From positions 128,001 through 192,000 of the forward strand of contig CAWBWI010000005.1 of NCBI GenBank assembly GCA_963792585.1: 64,000 nucleotides of DNA, given 5' to 3'. Below the pieces are notes generated by a model. The model was not told the DNA's origin and searched no databases. It saw only the letters and a list, made by a program, of their open reading frames with translations. The stretch is from Candidatus Eiseniibacteriota bacterium (lineage in GTDB: Bacteria; Eisenbacteria; RBG-16-71-46; CAIMUX01; VGJL01). Both the position numbers and the translations under genes were made by a program. Positions 51,136 through 60,502 of this stretch are shown here, piece by piece; position 1 is the stretch's first letter; every line of letters begins with the position of its first letter.

Positions 51136-52287
51136 TCAGCCGTGCCGTTCCCGCAGGATGTGGGCTGCCTCGACGATGCGACGCATCTTTCCCGTCGCCG
51201 TGGCTTCGTCGTTCACGCAGCGGTCGGCGAAACACCCGAATCCGCAGTCGGGATTCAGGAAGATCGCCTCGGGGGGGTAGAACGCCAAGGCGCGCTCGAC
51301 CCGCGCGACGATTTCGTCGACGGTCTCGATCTCCGCGGTCCTCGGGTTGACGACCCCGAGACCGATCTCCCGATCGCCGAGGGCCGTGCCCACGACCTCG
51401 ACATCCCCGGCGCGCGGGGTCGCGTACTCGAGGACGAACTGGCGCACGCGCATCCGATCGAAGGCGGGCAGCAGGCGCGTGTAGTCGCCCGACAACAGGA
51501 CATCCTCCCGCCGGCTCCAGTTCCCGCGGCAGACATGGATGCCGATCCGCATCGCGCCGAGCCCCTCGACCACTTTGTTCAGGAGGTCGGCAGCGTAGTC
51601 GAGTTCCGAACCCGCGTCCCGGCGGGTTGCCAGTGTCGCTCACATGAATGTTCGTCGATCGCATTCCTCCGACATGACGATCTCCGTCAGGACCGGCTCG
51701 TCGAACTGGACGAAGTCGCACCCAGCCGCCGCGAGATCGGACAGCTCCTCGCGAAGCAGCCGGACGACATCTTCACCCATCTCGGTCTTGTCGGAGTAGA
51801 CCTTCCCGGAGAAGGCGCCGACCCACATCGCGCGCGTCAGCAGGTACGGACCCGGCAGGGTCACCTTCACGGGCTTGTCCGTCAGTCCGCGGACGAAACG
51901 GAACTCCTCGAGCGCCAGCGGCTCGCGCCGGGAGAGTCGACCGACGCATGTCGGGTTGCTGATCGCGGAAGCGGGCACGTCGAGGGTCGAGAGCATCTCC
52001 TCGAATCCCGACTTGTCCTCGACCGTGTCGAGCATCTCGGCCAGCGTCATCAACCTGGCGCCGTTCAGCTTCTCGGAGACGAATGAATAGAAGTTGTCCC
52101 TGCGGTGCTCGCCGTCGACGACGATGTCGACGCCGGCGTCGAGCTGGATCTGAACGGTTCGCCGGACTTCTTCGTCGGCGATCCGCTCGAAGGCCTCGCT
52201 CGCGATGCGGCCCTTGCGCCGGTCCCTCAGTGCGCGCAGGAGTTCCTGCGAGCGCGGCCAGCTTCCTACCTGGGTCACCGTGAACAT
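51136..52287 (-). CDS. Cobalamin-independent methionine synthase II (MetE C-terminal barrel) family protein with in-frame TGA at 51640-51642 (candidate selenocysteine)
   Basis: ORFs 51640..52305 and 51136..51573 are in the same frame and joined by RTFM*ATLATRRDAGSELDYAADLLNKV. Motifs VGSWPR, DGEHRR, QFDEP, HVCRGN, LEYATPR and NPDCGF are present; the read-through product is ~383 aa. GTG 52305 is an alternative start. Confidence 0.85.
51609..51628 (-). promoter_or_regulatory. Putative bacterial SECIS hairpin
   Basis: mRNA UGA-GCGACACUGGC(11 nt)-AACCCGC-CGGGAC-GCGGGUU: a perfect 7-bp stem with G at loop position 2. Confidence 0.7.
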
Positions 52288-52301
52288 GGTCGGATGTCCT
52301 C

Positions 52302-53045
52302 TCACACGATCGCCAGCTTGAGGTCGAGGTCGACCGCCCGCCTCAGGGTCGAGGCGATCGGCGAGCGGAGAACGGTGCGCTCCCAGGCCTCCCGCACGCG
52401 GCCTTCATCCTCCATGGTCGAAGCGAAGCACTTCACCTCGATCCTCTGGAATGAGGGGTCGCCCTCCTGCAGGCCCAGGTGCGCCAGGACGTTTCCCAGC
52501 CGCCCCTTGATCGTGATCTCCACGTCATCGATCCCGATGCCGGACCGGGAGCACTCGGTGGCGAAACCGACGGTGAGGTCCCCCGCCAACGCGCCGAGCA
52601 TCACCTCGACCGCCGACGGATGCCGGTCCTTCTCCTCGAAGCTCGCCGGCTGCCCGACGTCGAACGAGAAGTTCCTGCAGTAGACGGTGCTCTTCAACGG
52701 ACCGGTCGCGCGGACGCGCAGGCGCCACTCGTACTCGCGGGCGCGTTCCTTGTCCTTCTCCAGGGCCCTCTGCTCGTCCGCGGTATTCCCCCCGCGCCGA
52801 ACGAAGTAGCGGGCCAGGGGCCCTTCCTTCACCGCGCCGAGGAACTCGTGGCCGACCATCCGGCACCAAGGGGGAAGGTCATCGCCGACGGTCGGCTCAT
52901 GGCTGCGCATCTCGAGGACTCCCCCGTCCGGGACCTTGAGCATGTGCTCCCGAATCAGGAGGATCAGCCCGGAGCCGCAGTCGAGCTCTCCGCCGTCGAA
53001 GACGTGGTCGGGTCGGATCGCAGCCGGATCGATGGGTTCGGTCAT
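52302..53045 (-). CDS. TusA/SirA-like + OsmC-like fusion protein
   Basis: FDGGELDCGSGL...DLPPWCRMVGHEF (TusA-like), then SFDVGQPASF...PSAVEVMLGALAGDL...IDDVEITIKG...RSPIASTL (OsmC-like). Confidence 0.8.
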   Translation of the reverse strand: MTEPIDPAAIRPDHVFDGGELDCGSGLILLIREHMLKVPDGGVLEMRSHEPTVGDDLPPWCRMVGHEFLGAVKEGPLARYFVRRGGNTADEQRALEKDKERAREYEWRLRVRATGPLKSTVYCRNFSFDVGQPASFEEKDRHPSAVEVMLGALAGDLTVGFATECSRSGIGIDDVEITIKGRLGNVLAHLGLQEGDPSFQRIEVKCFASTMEDEGRVREAWERTVLRSPIASTLRRAVDLDLKLAIV

Positions 53046-53048
53046 TTC

Positions 53049-53414
53049 CTAGTACGACACACTCGGCGTGCCGCCGGAGAGGAACTCGACGAGCGCCGCC
53101 CCACCCGCGAGGGTCGCGCCGGGGATCAGCTGATCCTCCGTGATCGCCCGCTTCTTCGTGCAGGGCGTGCAGACGAGGATCTTGCCGCCGCCGGCAATGT
53201 ACTTGTCGACGAGCTCCTTGAGGGGCGCGAATGGCGCGCCGATCGAGATCTTCTCCGCCTCTCCCTTCACCGCGGCCCAGACGCCGTCGGTGCTGAGAAA
53301 GATCATCGTATCCTTCTCGCTACCCAGAGCCGCGTTGGCGACGACGAAACCGACCGTCGCCTTGTCGCCGTCCTCGCGGCAGTGGTTGAGCAAGACACAG
53401 AACTTCTCCGCCAT
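53049..53414 (-). CDS. DsrE/DsrF-family protein
   Basis: ATVGFVVANAA, IFLSTDGV, ILVCTPCTKKR, GATLAGGA. Confidence 0.88.
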   Translation of the reverse strand: MAEKFCVLLNHCREDGDKATVGFVVANAALGSEKDTMIFLSTDGVWAAVKGEAEKISIGAPFAPLKELVDKYIAGGGKILVCTPCTKKRAITEDQLIPGATLAGGAALVEFLSGGTPSVSY

Positions 53415-53415
53415 A

Positions 53416-53664
53416 CTAATCGCTCCTCTCTTTCACCTTCACGAGGTAGTAGGGGTGCTTTGCTTCGATCAGCCGGTGCCCCGTCATGCGGCACCATGCC
53501 GGCATCTCCACAGGCGCCCCCTCGTCGTGCGCTGTCACGAGGACGAACGTTCCGCCCTCCTGTTTCCGAAAATGCATGCGCAGATCGATCAGGATCTCAC
53601 CGCAGCCGGTGCCTTTCCCATCGAACTCCGAGTCATGCTTCCAGCCCGCGGGCGGACCGTCCAT
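53416..53664 (-). CDS. TusA/SirA-family sulfur carrier
   Basis: FDGKGTGCGEILIDLR...AHDEGAPVEMPAWCRMTGHRL; RBS GGAGG before ATG 53664. Confidence 0.82.
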   Translation of the reverse strand: MDGPPAGWKHDSEFDGKGTGCGEILIDLRMHFRKQEGGTFVLVTAHDEGAPVEMPAWCRMTGHRLIEAKHPYYLVKVKERSD

Positions 53665-53742
53665 CGTGCCAGCCTCCCAGCCCGCCTGGGATTCGAGCCC
53701 CCGGCGGACATGGGCTCGATCGTAGCACCTGCCTTCTCCATT

Positions 53743-53774
53743 CTGTGTCGCATCTTGCCTGTGCCGCATCTTGC
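53743..53774. repeat. 16-bp tandem direct repeat in the divergent promoter region
   Basis: CTGTGTCGCATCTTGC followed directly by CTGTGCCGCATCTTGC (1 mismatch). Confidence 0.6.
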
Positions 53775-53862
53775 TGCCTCGAGGCTCGCCCGCGTGATAG
53801 AATTGGTCGGATTGTTGTGGTCTGACCTCGTGCGCGGCCGCGCACGGCGCACGGAGGTGTGC

Positions 53863-56001
53863 TTGAGACGAATGCTCCTCGTCTGCCTTCTGCTCCTCCC
53901 CGCGAGGACGAACGCCATCACCCTCCGGGAAGCCTTCGAGCGGGCGGGCCCGGCGGATGGCTACGACAAGTACGTCGTCCTCGAACCGGGAGTGACCTAC
54001 ACGGGCGGACTCCTGATCGGCCCGATCTTCAGCCCGATCGCCTATGGGCTCGAAGGAGAAGAGGGGAAGGACGTACGGATCGTCGGGAACGGAGCAGTCC
54101 TCGATCTGCGGGGTGGACAGATCTGCATCTCCTATTGCATGAACCGCCTCGACATCGACGACTGCGTCGTGCTTCGTGGCAACATCCGTTTCCGTGGGAT
54201 CAATACCGCGGACGATGTCGCGCTCCCGACGGGATCGGTCCGGCACGTCACCTTCTACAAGCCGCACGACTACGGAATCCGACTCCAGGGCTCCGGAGAC
54301 GGGATCACGCTCGAACGCAATCTGGTCGTCGATGCGGTCGACACCGGCTGGGATTACGTCTACATGACCGGAATCTCAAATAGCTGGTTGCCCACGGGGA
54401 CCAACATCTCGTTCAGCGGGCAGTACGGATGGTACGGCACACCCGTGGTGCGCGAGAACTGGTCCTACCAGAGCGACCCGGTTCGCAATGCCGATCCTCT
54501 GACCCACTTCTCGCGGCTCTGCGAATACGGCTGATTCGCGCCGATGCCGTGGCCGGGCGCCACCATGCCTCCGAACAACAACCGTTTCGGGGTGGATCCT
54601 CTCCTGCGGAATCCGGAGGAAGGCGATTACCGGCCGGAGCCCGGATCACCGGCTGAAGGATACGGCTGTCGGACATTCCCACCCGGCGGGCCGCGGGCCG
54701 GCGCGCAAGAGGCACCCCGACCCACAGCCCTTCCCGCCGCGGGGACGCGGGAAACGGTTCAGGTTTCCGGTCCGATCCATGGCGACACCTCATGGGATGC
54801 CGATACGATCGCGGTCGTCGGCGACGTCACGATCGAAGACGGCGTGACCTTGTGGATTCGGCCGGGCGCATGCGTCGCCTTCCAGGGCGCCTACTCCTTG
54901 ACCGTGATGGGTCGGCTCCTTGCGATTGGCACGCCGGAGCAGCGCATTGTCTTTACCGGTGGGGCGGCCATGGCTCGCACGGCGGGATCACGCGAAGGAA
55001 GCTGGACGGGGATCCGCTTCCCGCGCACCGCGGCGACGAATGACTCGACGCGCCTCGAGTACTGCGTCATCGAGTACGCGCGGGCCCCCGCAGGGGGATC
55101 CTTCGGCGGCGCCCTTTTCTTCGACGGTTTCTCGAAGGCCGCCATCGTGAACTCGATCCTGCGCAGCAACGTGGCGCAGTTCGGCGGCGCCGTCTTCTGC
55201 ATCCGCCAGGCATCTCCGCGTTTCGCCGGCACGCTCATCACCGGCAACTCTGCGGAGGTCACCGCCTCGGCCGTCTACAGCATCGACTCCTATCCCACCT
55301 TCGCGAACTGCACGATCGTGAACAACCACGACCGGAACGCCGAGCCGAGCTGGCCGACCGCCGCGTTCGTCAACTTCATCGCGAAGGCGCGCACGACCGG
55401 CTGCGTGGTTTGGGACAACCCCTCCTCCTACTTCCTCCCAACCCAGATGATCGAACCGAAGGCACCCTACACCACCTACGACGACATCCAGGGAGGGATC
55501 CCGGGCGAGGGAAACATCGACCTCGATCCGGCCTTCGCCGGAGATGCGGGACATCCCTATCGCCTGAGGGCCGACTCCCCGTGTCGGGACGCGACGGGAA
55601 ACGCGACCGTTGGCCTGCCGGACCTCGATCTGGCCGGGTCGCTGCGGGTCGTCGGGGCGGCCGCTGACATCGGAGCCTACGAGTGGATCGACCCGAGCAG
55701 CGCGACCGAAACCAGCGCGACGCCCCGCTTCGACTTCTCCCCGTGTCCGAATCCGACGGGCGGCGAGTCGGTCCTGCGTTTCACACTGCCCGCGCCGGCG
55801 CGTGTCGAAATCGGGATCTATGATCTTGAGGGCCGACTCGTGCGCACCCTGCCCGGCGCCGACCTCGCATCGGGATCGCACGTGATGATCTGGGATGGAA
55901 CGGACGCATCGGGTCGATCGGCGGCGGCGGGCGTCTACTATGCCCGGCTTTCGGCGGGGGACGCCGCCTCCGCCGTCGCGAAGATCACGATCGCAAGATA
56001 G
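53863..56001 (+). CDS. Secreted right-handed beta-helix protein with FlgD-like CTD; in-frame TGA at 54532-54534 (candidate selenocysteine, ...LCEYG-U-FAP...)
   Basis: The upstream ORF (RBS GGAGG, TTG 53863, signal peptide) ends CEYG-TGA. ORF 54544..56001 is in the same frame 9 nt later and has no signal peptide or obvious RBS. Alternatively these are two separate genes. Confidence 0.65.
54544..54566 (+). promoter_or_regulatory. Putative bacterial SECIS hairpin
   Basis: After the UGA: AUG-CC-GUGGC-CGGGC-GCCAC-CAU, a 5-bp upper stem plus 3 bp after a bulge. The loop starts 20 nt after the UGA and has G at position 2. Confidence 0.5.
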
Positions 56002-56074
56002 GCCTGCAAGCGCGATCGTTGCGTCGTCTTCCGGGGCGGGCGGCACGCGCGATGCGATCCCGTCCGTGAAGGCC

Positions 56075-58319
56075 TCAGTCTGTGGCGCCGCCCACCACGA
56101 CCTTGCCGGTCGCCGCAAATCCGGGCCCGCGCAAGCGGAGGAAGTAGGTCCCGGGCGCGGGCCGGGAACCATCCTTGCGCCTCCCGTCCCACGCAACGTC
56201 CCACTCCCCGGCATCGAACATGCGATCCGCGAGGATCGCGACCCGGCGCCCCGCCGCATCGAAGAGCTCGAGCCGCGCGGCACCCGCGTTCGGCGTACGG
56301 ATCCGAATTCGGGTCGAGGGACCGACCGGATTCGGCGCGATCGATCCGATCTCGGCGAGGCTCCGCGCCCCGGCGGCCTCCGCCACCCCGCTGACCCCGC
56401 GCTCGATCTCGGCAAGGAACCAGGTCGCGTTCTCGGCGGTGATGTCGACGTGCCCCTGATTGTCGGCCGGGAAGTAGACCGCGTCGAAGGGGGTATGGGT
56501 GAGGACGTCGGGATCGCCGGCGATGTCGTAGAACAGATCGGTCGTATCGAGCGCGAGCGCGCTCACGGTCGGGATGAAGCAGTGGTTGGGATACGGAGCG
56601 ATGATGTCCCCGTAGCCGGGATCACTCGCGCCGAGCTGTGCCATCGTGTCCCGCCATCCTCCCGGCGCATTGTCGTAGGGCCGGGTCCCCGCGATCGTGA
56701 TGGTGACCTCGTCGGCCGGCAGGAAGATGTAGTCGATCATTCCGTGGAAGATGTCGTGGCTCGACATGTTCGGCACGGCCCAGCAGTTCCCCGTGATGTC
56801 GACGAGGAAGCTCGTGTACTCCCAGCGGATGATCTGGGCGCCGGCGGCGAAGCCCTGGCTCCACCTGGATCCGCTCCCGTTCGCGATCGCGACCTTGCGC
56901 GGCGCCGGTCGGCTAGTCCCCCACGGCGGCGATTTCGGACATCAGGGCCGTCCGCAGCGGATCGGCCTGCCCCCCGCCGCCGGGCGGATCGGTGTGGTGG
57001 TAGACGAGCAGCTGCCGCGCGGCCGGCGTGTCGAGCGACGCGAGGTTCGCCGCCGCCTCGGTCGACTGGTCGGAGAAGAACCAGAGCCAGTACTGGATCC
57101 CGAGCGGAATGTCCGCGCCCGAGTTGCGGCGAGTCGAACGAGATGAAGGTGCGCACCGAGTGGGGAAGGCCGTGCGTCTCCATGTAGGCGAGCGCATAGC
57201 GACCGACCAGGCCCCCCATGCTCGCGCCGACCAGCGCCATGGTGTTCGCTGGACCGACGGCCGCGCGAATCTTGCCCGATCAGCTCGACGGCGACGAAGG
57301 CGTTGCGCTGGATGTAGTCGCCGCCGTTCGCGAAGTTAAGGACGACCGCGTCGAAGCCGCGACTCCGAAGCTCCTCTACGAGCTGCTCCCGGTTGAGGAG
57401 CGCGTAGAGTTCGTCCCAGTTCATCGTGTTGTCCGGATCGAATCCCTCGATCAGGAGCGACGGGCTTGGTCAGCGTCGGCATGCTGGCCGGAGAGGTAGA
57501 CGTACGCGTCACCCGCGCCGTAGCCGCCGAGATACGGAATCGTCGCCGTGACATGGAGCGTGTCGTTGGGCGCGGGGGCCAATAGCTCGCGAACCTCGAA
57601 CGGGAAGCCGGCCTCGAGGGTCGCTCCGTCGTCGAAGAGGGAACGCAGCCGGATCTGTTCCAGTCCCGTCTCCGGATACCGCACGTCCATCCCGCTTCCC
57701 ATGGAAACGACGACGAAGCCGCGCCCATCGTCGAAGTCGATCATCGTCGAGAGCCGCGCGGCCGGGTCGTTGCCGAAGGAAGCGTCGGCATCCACGCGAA
57801 ACCGCACCTTGGAGCCGCGGTAGGTGTGGTCCCGCAGGGGCGCCGCGGCGAAGACGCGCCCGGCGACGAAGGGGTTGCCGCTACCCATCTCCAACCGTGA
57901 CCCCCGGACGACGAGGGATCCGTCCTCGAGCGCATCGGGCCGGATCCGGTCGTAGCGGAAGTCCATGACCACGATCGGGATGTTCGCGGGCCCCGACATC
58001 TCCTCGCCGCGCGCGATGATCGAGGGGAGATCCGGCCAGGACGGGGTCGCGATCGACGCCCGTCGGATTCGTCGTAGAGCTGGCGCCACTGTTGAAGGTC
58101 CGTCGGCTTCGAATCCTCCCCGCCGTCGTGTTCCTCGATCCGCGATAGGGGAACCACCCGATCATAGAGGATGCCCGTCGGGACGCTCTCGGCGGGCAGC
58201 GCTCCCAGGATCTCCCCCAACCGCTCTGTTACGTTCCGTGCAGGCGCCGATCTCACGCCCGACGGAGCAAGAACGACCAGACAGGCGACGACCAGTGTGG
58301 CGCGGCCGGCGTGAGACAT
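56075..58319 (-). pseudogene. Secreted alpha/beta hydrolase (PGAP1/DUF676-like, GxSxG) with FlgD-like CTD, broken by about five frameshifts and a TAG (pseudogene or sequence error)
   Basis: Pieces in different frames: signal + VPTGILYDRV; IDFDDGRGF; GGDYIQRNA; LVGASMGGLVGRYAL; ADIPLGIQYW; HCFIPTVSAL; PNPVG...WDGRRKDG. Confidence 0.7.
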
Positions 58320-58463
58320 GCGGACACCTCCTGCGAATCGGACCGTCTCGGCGCGAACAGAGCGGGACTGAGTATTCTATCAGAAGCCGCGTTCGCGCCG
58401 GGCCCTGGAGTATGATGGATCGAAGCCGGCCGCCGCCATCGCAACCCACCTGGAGGATCACCC

Positions 58464-59397
58464 GTGGACCCGGCACGCGCCCTCGACCGACGTCGATTCC
58501 TGAGCGCCGCCATCGGCATCGCGGCTGCCGTACCGCTCATCGGTCAGTTCCGGCACGCTGCGGCATCGACGGAAACCACCCAAGGAGCCCCCGCCATGAG
58601 CCCCGAAAAGCCCTTCCCGGGCCGCATGCCGGTCCTCTTCATCGGCCATGGATCCCCAATGAACGCGATCGAGGACAACGAGTGGAGCCGCCAGTTCCGG
58701 GCTCTCGCGACGTCGCTCCCCCGCCCCCGAACGGTTCTGTCGATCTCCGCACACTGGTTCGTGCCGGGGACCTTTCTCACGGGCAACGAACGCCCCGAGA
58801 CGATTCACGACTTCGGCGGGTTTCCCCAGGCGCTCTTCGACATGCAGTATCCCGCCCCCGGGAGACATCGAACTGGCCAAGCACGTCGTCGAACTCCTTG
58901 GCCCCGAACGCGCATCGATCCGGACGGACTGGGGGCTGGATCACGGGACGTGGACGGTCCTGCATTACCTCTTGCCAAGGGCCGACTGCCCCGTCGTGCA
59001 GCTCAGCATCGATGAGCGGATGCCGCCCGCCGGCCATCTGGCCCTGGGCCGCGTCCTGGCCCCGCTCCGGGATGCCGGCATCCTCGTCCTTGGCAGCGGC
59101 AACATCGTTCACAACCTTCGCTATGCGTTGACGAGCGCCGCGAGGGGTGACCTCTCGACCCCCGAGTGGGCCGCCGCGTTCGATGCCGATATCGCCCGCG
59201 CGATCGAACAGCACGACGGGGCCTACCTCGCTTCGGCGGTCGAGAACGCGAACGGGAAGATGGCCCATCCGACCCTCGACCACTATCTCCCGCTCCTCTA
59301 CGCCGCGGGGGCTGCCGATCCTTCGGATCCGGTTCGTTTTCCGATACAAGGCTTCGACTACGGATCGCTCTCGATGCGGGCCGTCCAATTCGGGTGA
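58464..59397 (+). CDS. 4,5-DOPA extradiol dioxygenase family (YgiD/LigB-like) with twin-arginine leader; frameshift near 58861
   Basis: MPVLFIGHGSPMNAI, ISAHW, TIHDFGGFP, YPAPG, then shifted WGLDHGTW, GSGNIVHNL, AHPTLDHYLPL. Confidence 0.85.
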
Positions 59398-59498
59398 TCC
59401 GTCGGTTGGAATACGCCGCTTTGACGAGATTCCCGGCGATTGGCTACCATGTCCCGTTCTAAATGGATGGCATCCGAAGACAAAGGAGTTGAGAAGGA

Positions 59499-60404
59499 AT
59501 GGCACTCGATCGAACGATTCTCGTGACCGGCGCCACCGGCGCCCAGGGCGGCAGCGTCGCCCGCAACCTACTCGCGGGCGGCCGGTTCGCCGTCCGCGCA
59601 CTCACACGCAAACCGGACAGCGACGCGGCGAAGGGGCTGACGAAGGCCGGCGCCCAGGTGGTCCAGGGCGATCTCGCCGAACCGGCGAGCATCCGCAAGG
59701 CGCTCGAGGGCTGTTACGGCGTCTTCGGCGTGACGAGCTTCTGGGAGCACTTCACAAAGGAGTACGACCACGGAAAGAACCTCGTCGACGCGGTCGCTGC
59801 GGCGGGAGTGAAGCACTTCGTCTTCAGCACTCTCCAGTCGATCAAGAAGACGGCTCCGGAGCTCGATGTCCCGCACTTCGAGCTGAAGTCGCAACTCGAG
59901 GACCTGACGCGTAGCGCGGGCATCCCGGCGACGTTTGTCCACGTCGCCTTCTACTTCGACAACTTCATCGCCTTCGTCCCGCCACGCAAGCAGGAGGATG
60001 GCTCCTACGCGATCGGGTTCCCTCAGGGCGACACGCCGTTGGCAGGGGTTGCCGTAGGCGATGTGGGGGGCGTGATCTCCTCGATCTTCGAGCAGCGGGA
60101 CGCTTTCCTCGGGAAGATCATTCCGATTGCCGGCGACGAGATGCCACCCGCGATCTATGCGGAGATCATGTCTCGGGAGACCGGCCGCAAGGTCGTCTAC
60201 AACTACATCCCCCGCGAGGTCTTCGCCAAGTTCGGCTTTCCCGGCGCGGCGGAGGTCGCGGACATGTTCGAGTACTACCGCATCCACATCCCGAGCCGGA
60301 AGCCGGACATCGAGCGGGCCCGCGCCCTCTACCCGAAGCTGCAGAACTTCGAGCAGTGGGCGCATGCGAACCGCGAGGCGTTGATCGCCGCTCTGGGGGA
60401 CTGA
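59499..60404 (+). CDS. NmrA/HSCARG family NAD(P)-binding protein
   Basis: ILVTGATGAQGGSVA, VKHFVFST, VPHFELK. Confidence 0.92.
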   Translation: MALDRTILVTGATGAQGGSVARNLLAGGRFAVRALTRKPDSDAAKGLTKAGAQVVQGDLAEPASIRKALEGCYGVFGVTSFWEHFTKEYDHGKNLVDAVAAAGVKHFVFSTLQSIKKTAPELDVPHFELKSQLEDLTRSAGIPATFVHVAFYFDNFIAFVPPRKQEDGSYAIGFPQGDTPLAGVAVGDVGGVISSIFEQRDAFLGKIIPIAGDEMPPAIYAEIMSRETGRKVVYNYIPREVFAKFGFPGAAEVADMFEYYRIHIPSRKPDIERARALYPKLQNFEQWAHANREALIAALGD

Positions 60405-60451
60405 TCGGGTTTCCCGGACCGTCGCGGGCGAAGAAATGGGCGGAATGCAAG

Positions 60452-60485
60452 GCGGCGCATCGTGCGCAAACGCACGCTGCGCCGC
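60452..60485. terminator. Hairpin between convergent genes (possible terminator)
   Basis: GCGGCGCA-TC-GTGCG-CAAA-CGCAC-GC-TGCGCCGC; only a weak U tract. Confidence 0.4.
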
Positions 60486-60502
60486 TCGTTTGGGCCGGTC
60501 GT

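Noticed and set aside
56913..56915. In-frame TAG in the hydrolase as recoding
   Set aside because: It sits next to a frameshift in an error-dense stretch and is most simply a corrupted Tyr codon (GD-Y-P).
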